This document shows positions 41,112 to 50,111 of a stretch of DNA of 64,000 bases, in pieces. Numbering within the stretch: the first letter of the stretch is position 1; each line of letters begins with the position of its first letter. Source of the stretch: Gammaproteobacteria bacterium (GTDB lineage Bacteria; Pseudomonadota; Gammaproteobacteria; Ga0077536); contig CAXXLL010000002.1 in the NCBI GenBank assembly GCA_963662545.2, positions 1,024,001 to 1,088,000 of the forward strand, in the 5' to 3' direction. A program made the position numbers and the translations under genes. The notes beneath the pieces are model-generated. The model was not told the DNA's origin and ran no database searches. It worked only from the letters and a program-made list of their open reading frames with translations.

Positions 41112-41273
41112 GGAATCTCTGAATAAGTCATGGTGCGTCTGAATTGCTCATGAAATGGTGCAGATCAAGGCACGAATCGCAGGCCATAGCGGGGACTATG
41201 GGCAAGGTTCGTAACGCCGAGCTGCGCCATTTCATGGGTCAGGCAGATGGGCCATGACTTATTCAGAGGTTTC
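41112..41273. mobile_element. MITE-like element, family B copy 1 (162 bp)
   Basis: TIR GRAAYCTCTGAATAAGTCATGG, flanked by TTA on both sides; inverted homolog at 43074-43235. Confidence 0.88.
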
Positions 41274-41297
41274 TTAAGTAAGGGAGATGAAGACATC

Positions 41298-42167
41298 ATG
41301 AGACTCGAAGGCAAAACGGCCGTCATCACCGGTGGCGCCAGCGGTATGGGTCGCGCGACCGTGCTGCGTTTTCTGGACGAGGGCGCGAACGTCGTAGTGG
41401 CCGATTACAACGCGGCGACGGGCGAGGAAACGATCAAACTGGCAACGGATGCGGGTCACCCCGACGCCGTGTGCTTCATACGCACCGACGTGGCGAAGGA
41501 GGCCGACATCGAGGCCATGATGCAATGCGCGCTCGATCATTACGGAGGTCTGGACATCGTGTTCAACAACGCCGGCGTCGGCGGCGCCATCGGCCCGCTG
41601 ACCGAAACCACGGTCGACTCCTGGGACTATACCTTCGACGTGCTGGCCAAGGGTGTCTTCCTCGGCATCAAGCATGCCGCGCGCATCATGCAGGCGCAGG
41701 GCGAGGGCGGTTCGATCATTAACACGGCCTCGGTTGCGGCGCTCAGCGGCGACGGTGGGCCACTGGTCTATTCGGCTGCGAAAGCGGCCGTGGTGAGCTT
41801 ATCCAAATGCGCCGCGGTCGAACTGGCACCGGATCGGATCCGGGGCAATGCGATCTGTCCGGGATTCATCAATACACCGCTGGCCGACGGCGGTAAGCCT
41901 GATCGGACGGAGGAAAAGTTCGCGAAATCGCAACCCTGGCCTGAAGCCGGGCACGGCGAATACATCGCCGGTGCCGCCCTGTTTCTCGCGACCGACGATG
42001 CACGCTTCGTGACCGGCGAAACGCTGGTGGTCGACGGCGGCCTGACAGCGGCCGGGCCGGAGTTATCCAAGAAGTTCACCGCGATCTCGGCGCGCGGCTC
42101 CGGCATGGTCGGGGTAACGCGCGGGTCGACGGGTGAAGCGCACGATCTGAGAAAGCTCGACGATTAG
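41298..42167 (+). CDS. short-chain dehydrogenase/reductase
   Basis: TGGASGMG, NNAG, YSAAK; start at MRLEGK after a GGAG RBS. Confidence 0.94.
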   Translation: MRLEGKTAVITGGASGMGRATVLRFLDEGANVVVADYNAATGEETIKLATDAGHPDAVCFIRTDVAKEADIEAMMQCALDHYGGLDIVFNNAGVGGAIGPLTETTVDSWDYTFDVLAKGVFLGIKHAARIMQAQGEGGSIINTASVAALSGDGGPLVYSAAKAAVVSLSKCAAVELAPDRIRGNAICPGFINTPLADGGKPDRTEEKFAKSQPWPEAGHGEYIAGAALFLATDDARFVTGETLVVDGGLTAAGPELSKKFTAISARGSGMVGVTRGSTGEAHDLRKLDD

Positions 42168-42958
42168 CTGCCGGTGAACGCGGGCTTCCGTTTCTCGACG
42201 AAAGCCCTCACGCCTTCCCTGAAATCCCCGCGCGTCGCGCAGTCGGCGAAGCATTCGCCCTCCATTTGCAACTGCGATTCGAATTCGTTTTCGAGCGAGC
42301 GGTACAAGAGCCGCTTGGTGTTGCCGTAGACGTGAGTCGGCCCGTTCGCGAGGCGTTGGGCGAGTTTCGCGGTTTCGGCCTCGAGGGTTCCGGCCGGCGC
42401 GACGAAGTTGATGAGCCCGATGGATTGGGCCGTCGCGGCATCGAAGCGATCGCCCAGCAGGGCGATTTCCATGGCCTTCTTGATGCCGACTGCGCGCGGT
42501 AGATGAAACGTGGCCGAGCCGTCCGGGCTGGTCCCGATGTGGCAGTAAGCGAGGGTGAAAAATGCGTTCTCATCGGCAATGATGAGGTCGCTGGCCAGGG
42601 CCATGCTGACGCCGGCGCCGGCCGCCGCGCCGGCGACGCTCGCGATGATCGGTTTCGGCATGCGGCGCATGGCGAACATGATGGGGTGCAGCTCGTGTAT
42701 GCGGTGGATGAACTGCGTGCGGAGGTTTTCGGGCGATTCATCGAGCATCTGAGACATCATTTTGACATCCCCGCCGGCCATGAAATGATCCCCTGCGCCG
42801 CGTATGACTACACAGCGTACGCGATCGTCGCATTCGACATCATGCAGCGTATCGCGCAGCATCGAACGCATTTCCATGCTCAAGGCATTTCGCGCATCGG
42901 GGCGGTTGAAGGTCAGGGTGGCAACACCGGCCTGGGTGTCAACGAGTAAATCGGGCAT
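42164..42958 (-). CDS. enoyl-CoA hydratase/isomerase (PaaG-like)
   Basis: NRPDARNAL, FMAGGDV, AAGAGVSMALASD, IGTSPDG. Confidence 0.92.
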   Translation of the reverse strand: MPDLLVDTQAGVATLTFNRPDARNALSMEMRSMLRDTLHDVECDDRVRCVVIRGAGDHFMAGGDVKMMSQMLDESPENLRTQFIHRIHELHPIMFAMRRMPKPIIASVAGAAAGAGVSMALASDLIIADENAFFTLAYCHIGTSPDGSATFHLPRAVGIKKAMEIALLGDRFDAATAQSIGLINFVAPAGTLEAETAKLAQRLANGPTHVYGNTKRLLYRSLENEFESQLQMEGECFADCATRGDFREGVRAFVEKRKPAFTGS

Positions 42959-43073
42959 CGCGTGTCTCCTCTTTATCTTATTGTCGGGCGAATAAATCCG
43001 AAGGTTTTGCAATCGTCACGAGATAGGGCAGACTCTTAGTGTATCGCGCTGCAGGCGAACGGGGATGAGTTAC

Positions 43074-43235
43074 GGAACCTCTGAATAAGTCATGGCACAT
43101 CTGCCTGGCCCATGAAATCGCGGAGTCTTACGTTACGAACTTTGCCCATAGTCCCCGCCATGGCCTGCGATCCGTGCCTTGATCTGCACCATTGCATGAA
43201 CCATTCAGACGCACCATGACTTATTCAGAGGCTTC
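43074..43235. mobile_element. MITE-like element, family B copy 2 (inverted relative to copy 1)
   Basis: GGAACCTCTGAATAAGTCATGG...CCATGACTTATTCAGAGGCTTC, 162 bp. Confidence 0.88.
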
Positions 43236-43243
43236 TTAATGCT

Positions 43244-44044
43244 ATGAACTACGCGTCCATCGAAGGCTTACGGATCGCCTACGATCACCGCCGGCCCCCA
43301 TCGGGCGACGGCCGTGGCCGAGTCATCTACATACACGGCACCGGCTGTACCGGCCGTGTATTCGAACGCCATCTGGCGGCGGTCGCCGCCGCGCACGAAG
43401 TGGTCGCGATCGATTTGCCCGGGCACGGGGCGTCGGAAGGCTCGGGATTTCGCGGCGTCGCCGATCATGCGTTTTTCACCGCCGGTCTTATCGAACACCT
43501 CGGCTGGGAACGCTGCGTCGTCGCGGGTCATTCACTGGGCGGCGGCATCGCGTTGGCCATGGCGGTGTACTTCCCCGAGCTCGTCGAAGGCTTGCTGCTG
43601 ATCGATACGGGCGCGCGGTTGCGCGTCGACCCCGCGATCATCGAGGCTGCCCGGCAGACGGCGGCTGGGCGCGATGTCGCCGCGCGCGATCCGCGCCGCG
43701 GCTTCGCTGAATGCACGCCGCAGGCCGTCGTTGATGAGACCGACATCTTGCGCGGGGCATGCAACCCCGAGGTCACATACAAAGACTGGATCGCCGATGA
43801 CAGTTTCGATTTCATGAGCCGGCTGCCGGATATCTTGGTCCCGAGCCTCGCCGTATGCGGCGACGAGGACGCGTTCACGCCCGTCAAGTACCACGAATAT
43901 TTTCGCGATAAGCTGCCTGATTGCCGGCTCGAGATCATCCCCGGGGCGGGACATTGGCCGTTCGTTGAACAGCCTGAACCCTTCGATCGGTGCGTGCTGC
44001 GATTTTTGGACGAATTCGCCCGCAAGCAGGCTCCTACAAGCTGA
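43244..44044 (+). CDS. alpha/beta fold hydrolase
   Basis: IHGTG, DLPGHG, GHSLGG, GAGHW. Confidence 0.92.
   Translation: MNYASIEGLRIAYDHRRPPSGDGRGRVIYIHGTGCTGRVFERHLAAVAAAHEVVAIDLPGHGASEGSGFRGVADHAFFTAGLIEHLGWERCVVAGHSLGGGIALAMAVYFPELVEGLLLIDTGARLRVDPAIIEAARQTAAGRDVAARDPRRGFAECTPQAVVDETDILRGACNPEVTYKDWIADDSFDFMSRLPDILVPSLAVCGDEDAFTPVKYHEYFRDKLPDCRLEIIPGAGHWPFVEQPEPFDRCVLRFLDEFARKQAPTS
44015..44038 (-). repeat. GTAG-family REP within the 3' end of the hydrolase gene
   Basis: - strand TGTAGGAGCCTGCTTGCGGGCGAA, similar to the REPs at 59329-59396. Confidence 0.65.
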
Positions 44045-44082
44045 GAGAATTCCGATTCTTAACAACCAAGAAAGGACCCCCC

Positions 44083-44892
44083 ATGCTCGACCGTTATGCC
44101 GATTACCACGCGCTCGACCTCGATTCACCTGCGGATCGGATCCTGCGCATTTCTTTCAACAAACCCGAAACCTACAATTCACTGGACAAGGACGGACACC
44201 GCGAGCTGACCTATATCTGGCGCGAGATCGACGAGGATCCCAACGTCAGCGCCGTGATCCTGACTGGCAAGGGCAAGGCGTTTTCCGCCGGCGGTGACTT
44301 CGGACTGATCGAGGAAATGCTGGAGAAGTCCGAAGCCCGCGTGCGCTCCTGGAAAGAGGCGCGTGACCTCGTCTACAACGTCATCAATTGTTCCAAGCCC
44401 ATCGTCTCGGCGATCAACGGTGCGGCCGTCGGTGCCGGGTTGGTGGCGGGTCTGTTGGCGGACATCTCGATCGCGGGCAAATCGGCCAAGATCGTCGACG
44501 GTCATACCCGACTGGGGGTGGCGGCCGGTGATTCGGCCGTCATGAACTGGCCCTTGCTGTGTGGCATGGCGAAGGCCAAGTATTACCTTCTGCTCTGCGA
44601 GCCGATGAGCGGCGAGGAGGCGGAGCGGATCGGGATGGTGTCGCTCTGCGTCGAAGACGACGCGCTGCAGGACAAGGCGCTGGAAATCGCCGAACGGCTG
44701 CGCGACGGCGCGCCGAGTGCGATCCGCTGGACCAAGTACGCACTCAACAACTGGTACCGGATGGCGGGACCGGCTTTCGATGCCTCGACCGCGCTCGAAA
44801 TGCTCGGCTTTACCACCGACGAGGCGGTCGAGGGCGTGCGTTCGTATCGTGAGAAACGGCCACCTAAATTCGATCCGAACTCTCCCATTTGA
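44083..44892 (+). CDS. enoyl-CoA hydratase/isomerase family protein
   Basis: AFSAGGD, AINGAAVGAGL, DGHTRLGVAAGD. Confidence 0.92.
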   Translation: MLDRYADYHALDLDSPADRILRISFNKPETYNSLDKDGHRELTYIWREIDEDPNVSAVILTGKGKAFSAGGDFGLIEEMLEKSEARVRSWKEARDLVYNVINCSKPIVSAINGAAVGAGLVAGLLADISIAGKSAKIVDGHTRLGVAAGDSAVMNWPLLCGMAKAKYYLLLCEPMSGEEAERIGMVSLCVEDDALQDKALEIAERLRDGAPSAIRWTKYALNNWYRMAGPAFDASTALEMLGFTTDEAVEGVRSYREKRPPKFDPNSPI

Positions 44893-45074
44893 TCGGCGAG
44901 TTGGACGAGGCGCCGGCCGAGTGGCGGCCGCCGGCGTAGTACCAGTGTGTTTTTTCGACCGCGCAGAATCCTTCGATGGCCAGAAGACGGCCCGCCCATG
45001 AAACTCGTTCTTGACCGTTTGTTTCCCATACAATTGTCCCGAGCCTGGCAAGAATCAAAAGGATCACGGACACC

Positions 45075-46784
45075 ATGAGCACTCGGACGATCGTCAGCTA
45101 CCTCCTCGTTACGTTCTTCGTCGCCGGACTCGCGAGCGTCGGCGCCAACGATGCCGATTCGAAGGCATCGGAGCTTGCGTCGGTTACCGCCGAACGGCTA
45201 GCGAAAGGAACGGACGACCCGTCGTCCTGGCTCATGTACGGCGGGAATTTCGAAAACTGGCGCTACAGTCCGCTCGCCGACATCAACCGCGACAACGTCA
45301 AGAAATTGCAGGCCGCGTGGCTGTTCCAGACCGGTGTCCCCGGGCAGCTCGAATCGGCGCCGATCGTCGCCGACGGCATCCTCTATTTCACCGCGTCATA
45401 CAACAATCTCTATGCGCTCGATGCCCGCACCGGCGAGAGCCTGTGGCATTACGAGCACGAGATGCCGAGCGACCTGAGGATTTGCTGTGGACCGACCAAT
45501 CGCGGCGTGGCGATCGCTGACGACAAGGTGTTCATGGCCACGCTCGACGCGCGCCTGGTGGCGCTCGACAGGGCGAGCGGTGAGGTTGTCTGGAACGTTG
45601 AGTTGGACGATTACAAAGAGGGATACAGTGCCACGGCTGCGCCCCTGGTGGTCAAGGGTCTCGTCATGATCGGGATCGCGGGCGGCGAGTACGGCGCGCG
45701 CGGTTTCATCGATGCCTTCGACGTTGCGACCGGCGAGCGGCGCTGGCGACGTTACACCATTCCCGTCGCGGGCGAGCCCGGCGTCGAAACCTGGGCCGGC
45801 GATTCCTGGAAGACGGGCGGCGGTCCGCCCTGGGTTACGGGCAGCTACGACCCGGTGAACGATCTCCTCTACTGGCCGACCGGCAACCCCTCGCCCGATT
45901 GGAACGGCGACCCGCGCGCGGGCGATAATCTATATTCCAATTCAGTCCTGGCGCTGGATCCGGATAGCGGCGAGATGAAATGGTATTTTCAGTATACGCC
46001 GCACGACGTGTGGGATTACGACGCCACCAACGGCCTCATCGTCGTCGACACGTTGCATGACGGGCAGCTTGTCCACGCGGTCGTACAGCCCAACCGCAAT
46101 GGCTATCTCTACGTGCTCGATGCCAAGAACGGTAAGTTTCTGCATGCCATGCAATATGTCGATCACTTGAACTGGGCAAAAGGGTTGGATGAAGATGGCC
46201 GTCCCATCGTCGATGAGCAATACGTGCCGATGGACGGCGGTAACCCGGAATATATCTGTCCCGGTAACGTCGGTGGTAACAACGGTTCTTTCACCTATGC
46301 TTACAGCGCGGCGACGAAGCTCGTTTACGTGCCGACCATCGAAAGCTGCGGGAAGATGGAAAAGGCGGTCACGGTGTTCGTGAACGGCACGCCGTTCTGG
46401 GGTGGCGGCCCGGGCGTCATGCAGGGTGAGGACGGCTCATCCTACGGCCACATCTCCGCGATCGATCCGGCCTCCGGTGAGGTCAAGTGGCGCTATGAAG
46501 ATCCCTATCCGCTGGTTGGCGGTGCATTGGCGACGGCCGGCGGGGTGGTATTCAGCGGCAACCAGCAAGGTTATGCGCTCGCGCTGGACGACACCACGGG
46601 TGAGGTGTTGTGGAAATTCCAGACGGGCTCCACCGTGCGCAGTCAACCAATCACCTATACGATCGACGGCCGGCAGTACGTCGCCATCGGCAGCGGCGGC
46701 GGCGGACTCGCGGTCACCCTGGTCGGTGAGGTGCCGAGGCGCACGCTCGGCAGTACGCTGGTCGTCTTCGCACTGCCCGAATAA
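45075..46784 (+). CDS. PQQ-dependent alcohol dehydrogenase (methanol/ethanol family), lanthanide-type motif
   Basis: Signal peptide, ICCGPTNRG vicinal Cys, GGEYG, TGNPSP, PHDVWDYD, Trp-docking repeats. Confidence 0.92.
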   Translation: MSTRTIVSYLLVTFFVAGLASVGANDADSKASELASVTAERLAKGTDDPSSWLMYGGNFENWRYSPLADINRDNVKKLQAAWLFQTGVPGQLESAPIVADGILYFTASYNNLYALDARTGESLWHYEHEMPSDLRICCGPTNRGVAIADDKVFMATLDARLVALDRASGEVVWNVELDDYKEGYSATAAPLVVKGLVMIGIAGGEYGARGFIDAFDVATGERRWRRYTIPVAGEPGVETWAGDSWKTGGGPPWVTGSYDPVNDLLYWPTGNPSPDWNGDPRAGDNLYSNSVLALDPDSGEMKWYFQYTPHDVWDYDATNGLIVVDTLHDGQLVHAVVQPNRNGYLYVLDAKNGKFLHAMQYVDHLNWAKGLDEDGRPIVDEQYVPMDGGNPEYICPGNVGGNNGSFTYAYSAATKLVYVPTIESCGKMEKAVTVFVNGTPFWGGGPGVMQGEDGSSYGHISAIDPASGEVKWRYEDPYPLVGGALATAGGVVFSGNQQGYALALDDTTGEVLWKFQTGSTVRSQPITYTIDGRQYVAIGSGGGGLAVTLVGEVPRRTLGSTLVVFALPE

Positions 46785-46786
46785 GC

Positions 46787-47665
46787 GTGCGCAACGCCCG
46801 TCGCCACAGGCTGGTGTTGTGCTGTGGCGTAGTAGTTTCTTTGTCGTGCTTCCTTTTCTTCGGAAACGCGTTGGCGCAGGTCGACACGCATGACCTTCAG
46901 GCACTGCGAGTCTGCCTGCTTGCCAACAACCTACCCTACGCGTCACGATCGGAAAACGCGGGATTCGATCTGGACACCGCGAGCGCCGTCGCGCGCATCC
47001 TCGAGCGGCCGTTCGAATGGGTTTGGACGGACAACCCCGCCGACATCCAGGAAATCGAAGAGAGTGACTTTCCGTTGCAGAAACTCGCGCGAGGCGACTG
47101 TGACCTCATCTTCAGCATGCCCGGACCGGCCGCCGAAACATTAGGCGGCGACGGCAGCCTCGTGCTCGGTGAGGCGTATTACGGCGCCGCTTTTGAACTG
47201 ATCGGATGCGGAAATGATCTGCCATCCGGGTTGCGCGGCTTGCGCGAACAGACCGTTGCGATCCAATCGCAGACCGTCGCGCATTTCGCGCTACTTATGG
47301 TCCAGGCGAAACCGCAGACGTATTTCGAGGTTGCCGCGGCGCTCGAGGGGATTGCCGCGGGCGAAGCGGAAGCGGGTCTGTTGTGGGGACCGGCCGCCGG
47401 TTGGCAGCTCCATCGAACGGGGAACCGCCAATGCACGCTGTCGGCGGACTATCGTCCACCGGCCGCTGTGCGCTGGAACCTGCACGCCGCGACACGAGAG
47501 GCGGACAGTGAACTTCGTCTTCGCGTCGACGCGGCGCTGCTCGACCTATCGACGACCGATCGCCTGCGCGACATCGGACGAGGCTACGGCGTACCGGTCA
47601 GGCCGCCGTTCGAGACGACCTACAGCCTCAGGGCCTTGAATGAACTGCAACGGACGGGCGAATAA
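46787..47665 (+). CDS. MxaJ/XoxJ-like periplasmic substrate-binding protein
   Basis: LRVC..ANNLPY, GFDLD, LARGDCDL, LLWGPAAG; directly after the PQQ enzyme. Confidence 0.78.
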   Translation: MRNARRHRLVLCCGVVVSLSCFLFFGNALAQVDTHDLQALRVCLLANNLPYASRSENAGFDLDTASAVARILERPFEWVWTDNPADIQEIEESDFPLQKLARGDCDLIFSMPGPAAETLGGDGSLVLGEAYYGAAFELIGCGNDLPSGLRGLREQTVAIQSQTVAHFALLMVQAKPQTYFEVAAALEGIAAGEAEAGLLWGPAAGWQLHRTGNRQCTLSADYRPPAAVRWNLHAATREADSELRLRVDAALLDLSTTDRLRDIGRGYGVPVRPPFETTYSLRALNELQRTGE

Positions 47666-47721
47666 AGAGTACGTCGTTCACCCACGGGCGGATGAACCGT
47701 GACGCGGTCCCGTCCGTCTCA

Positions 47722-48147
47722 CTATTGCTCCGCGGTACGCGGCAAGGCCCGCAGGTCCTCGACCCAGTTCAATGCGGAACGGTGCCAGATCTGACGGCGC
47801 GGCACGAGTTCTGCGCGCTGGACAATCGTGCCTGCGCGCAATCCGTAGACCTTGGAACCTTCGTCGGTCGAAGTGGCATAAATCGCGGAACCGCATTCCG
47901 GGCAAAACGCCTGCGCCCGCTCGCGTCCACTGTCGGCGACCTTGACGTAAATCTTCAATTCGCCGGTCAACATCTCCAAGGCGTCTTCGCGAGTAAACGC
48001 GACGAACCGGTAGGCCGATCCCGAAAGAGCCTGGCAATCCGTGCAGTGACAGATGACGACCCGCTCGGGATCGATGTCCGCACGGTAGGTGATATGGCCG
48101 CAGTGGCAGCCGCCGTCAACTTGCATGGTGTTGGCCTCCATCATCAA
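47722..48147 (-). CDS. GFA (glutathione-dependent formaldehyde-activating / CENP-V) family protein
   Basis: GGCHCG, CHCTDCQ, FCPECG. Confidence 0.92.
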   Translation of the reverse strand: MMMEANTMQVDGGCHCGHITYRADIDPERVVICHCTDCQALSGSAYRFVAFTREDALEMLTGELKIYVKVADSGRERAQAFCPECGSAIYATSTDEGSKVYGLRAGTIVQRAELVPRRQIWHRSALNWVEDLRALPRTAEQ

Positions 48148-48457
48148 TTGTCGAAATGCGCGATATCCTTTACGTAGGGCGTTATGGGACGGAATCAGTC
48201 AGCCGAGTATAGGACGAACAATTTCACTATTTCCAGAATTCGGAGCTTGCGCAGTTATTCGTCCTATACTCCCGAATACCTATCGTCGCTTTCAGGCGAC
48301 CCCACGGGGTCGTTGTGCTGCGCATGTCACGACTTACGGCGAACCGGCCTTATTCAATACATTTGACCTTAAGGCAACTTTTGAAGGGCCTCATCGTCAA
48401 CCGTGATGATCGAACATTATGCAGAACCTAGGAGGTCGTCAGAAGGGGTAATTCATC

Positions 48458-48577
48458 ATGGATGTGTTCAATCAAGGCCTCATGGGGATGTGCCTGGGCG
48501 AGGCAATCCGCGAGGACGCTGATGGATTCACCGACGATGCGTGCGTAATTGCAGCGGACGATGGATCAGTTCCCTGA
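48458..48577 (+). CDS. putative 39-aa acidic peptide
   Basis: GAAGGGG RBS-like sequence upstream; MDVFNQGLMGMCLGEAIREDADGFTDDACVIAADDGSVP; ends 25 bp before the next start. Confidence 0.4.
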   Translation: MDVFNQGLMGMCLGEAIREDADGFTDDACVIAADDGSVP

Positions 48578-48602
48578 ACTTCCATACGCCGAGGAAACCC
48601 AG

Positions 48603-49835
48603 ATGTCCAAACTCTCGCGTCGTGGCCGGCGCCTCGTCGATTCCTCACCGATCCCACTCTACATTGCCGAGCACTTCGCACGTGCCGGTAAACCGTGGGA
48701 TCGGAAAATGCATCCCGAGGCGTACATCAACTTGTGCATCGCCGAGAACAAGTTACACAACGAAGCCCTGATCGCGCAGTTGGCTCGCTACGAGGTGCCG
48801 GCGCGCGTGCTCGGGTACGACGCGATGACCGGGAACCTGATTTTTCGGCAACGCCTCGCGTCGTTCATGGGACGTAGTTTTCTGCGGCGGGCCTTTGATG
48901 CCGATCAACTCGCTGTAGTCGCAGGTGCGGGCACGGTGCTCGAATTGCTTTGCTACGCAATATGCGATCCTGGCGATGGGGTGCTGATCCCAACGCCCAG
49001 CTACGCGGGTTTTTGGCCCGATCTCGAAACACGAGATGGGCTCAACATCGTTCCGGTGGACTGTTTGAGTGAAGATGATTTTCGACTCACGCCAGCGCGC
49101 CTGGATGCGGCAATGGAAGCGGCGGACTGTCCGATCAAGGCCCTCCTGTTCACGTCTCCAAACAATCCCCTGGGGCAGGTATACACGCGCGATGAGGTGC
49201 TGCAGATCGTCGATTTCGCGGAGCGTCGAGGCATCCAGCTAATCGTGGATGAGATTTACGCCCTGTCGGTCTTCGGGGAACGCGAATTCGTTAGTGTCGC
49301 CTCGCTTCGCCCCCAATTGGGAGACGGTGTGCACATCGTTTGGGCCTTCTCCAAGGACTTCGGTGCGAGCGGTTTGCGTTGCGGAGTGCTGATCAGCGAG
49401 AACCAAGCCGTGCTCGAGGCCGTAGGGGGTTTGGCCTACTGGTCGGCCTGCTCCAGCCACACTCAACACCTCCTATCGGAATTGGTCGCGGATGACGCCG
49501 TGGTTGACGAGCACATCGCTGGCATGCGGGTGAAGTTAGGGCAAGCCTATCGGCGCGTGACGGGTGCGCTCGATGCGCTAGACATCACCTACCTTGCTGC
49601 TGAGGCCGCCTTCTTCTTGATCTGCGATCTTCGCGCGTACCTCGCATCCCCCAGCTGGGAAGCGGAGCGCGGACTGTGGCGACGCTTCCTCGACGAGGCG
49701 AACGTCAACCTTACCCCGGGTGAAGCATGCCGCATCAACGAGCCGGGCTTTTTTCGCCTGTGCTACGCCTCCGAAAGTGGGGACGCGGTGGCCGAGGCAA
49801 TCGCCCGACTCGGGCGGGTGCTGGCGAGCTGCTAA
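48603..49835 (+). CDS. PLP-dependent class I/II enzyme, ACC-synthase-like subfamily
   Basis: YINLCIAENKL, PTPSYAGF, SPNNPLG, DEIYALSVF, FSKDFGASGLRCG, PGFFRLCYA. Confidence 0.88.
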   Translation: MSKLSRRGRRLVDSSPIPLYIAEHFARAGKPWDRKMHPEAYINLCIAENKLHNEALIAQLARYEVPARVLGYDAMTGNLIFRQRLASFMGRSFLRRAFDADQLAVVAGAGTVLELLCYAICDPGDGVLIPTPSYAGFWPDLETRDGLNIVPVDCLSEDDFRLTPARLDAAMEAADCPIKALLFTSPNNPLGQVYTRDEVLQIVDFAERRGIQLIVDEIYALSVFGEREFVSVASLRPQLGDGVHIVWAFSKDFGASGLRCGVLISENQAVLEAVGGLAYWSACSSHTQHLLSELVADDAVVDEHIAGMRVKLGQAYRRVTGALDALDITYLAAEAAFFLICDLRAYLASPSWEAERGLWRRFLDEANVNLTPGEACRINEPGFFRLCYASESGDAVAEAIARLGRVLASC

Positions 49836-50111
49836 GCGGCTGCCAGGTGTCGCCACGGCCTTCCGCTGCCGAGGATCTTTTCGTTCTACGCGCGATCTAA
49901 AACCGTTGCCCCCATCGTGTCCTGGTCGCGCCGGCAGGTGCAGGTGAGCCTGGGCGTCACGCAGGAATTCTTGTTAGTCGGCTCGCTTACCCCGCTAGAC
50001 GACCTGTGAGAAATAGGTGACGGTAGGCCGATCTCCTTTTCATATTTCGCGAAATGAGCGGCTTGCGTGCCGTAAACCCTGGATGGTGAATGCGATAGCA
50101 TTCGGCGCACC

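Noticed and set aside
48603-49835. Calling this a true ethylene-pathway ACC synthase
   Set aside because: The plant FQDYHG box is not conserved; only family-level similarity is supportable
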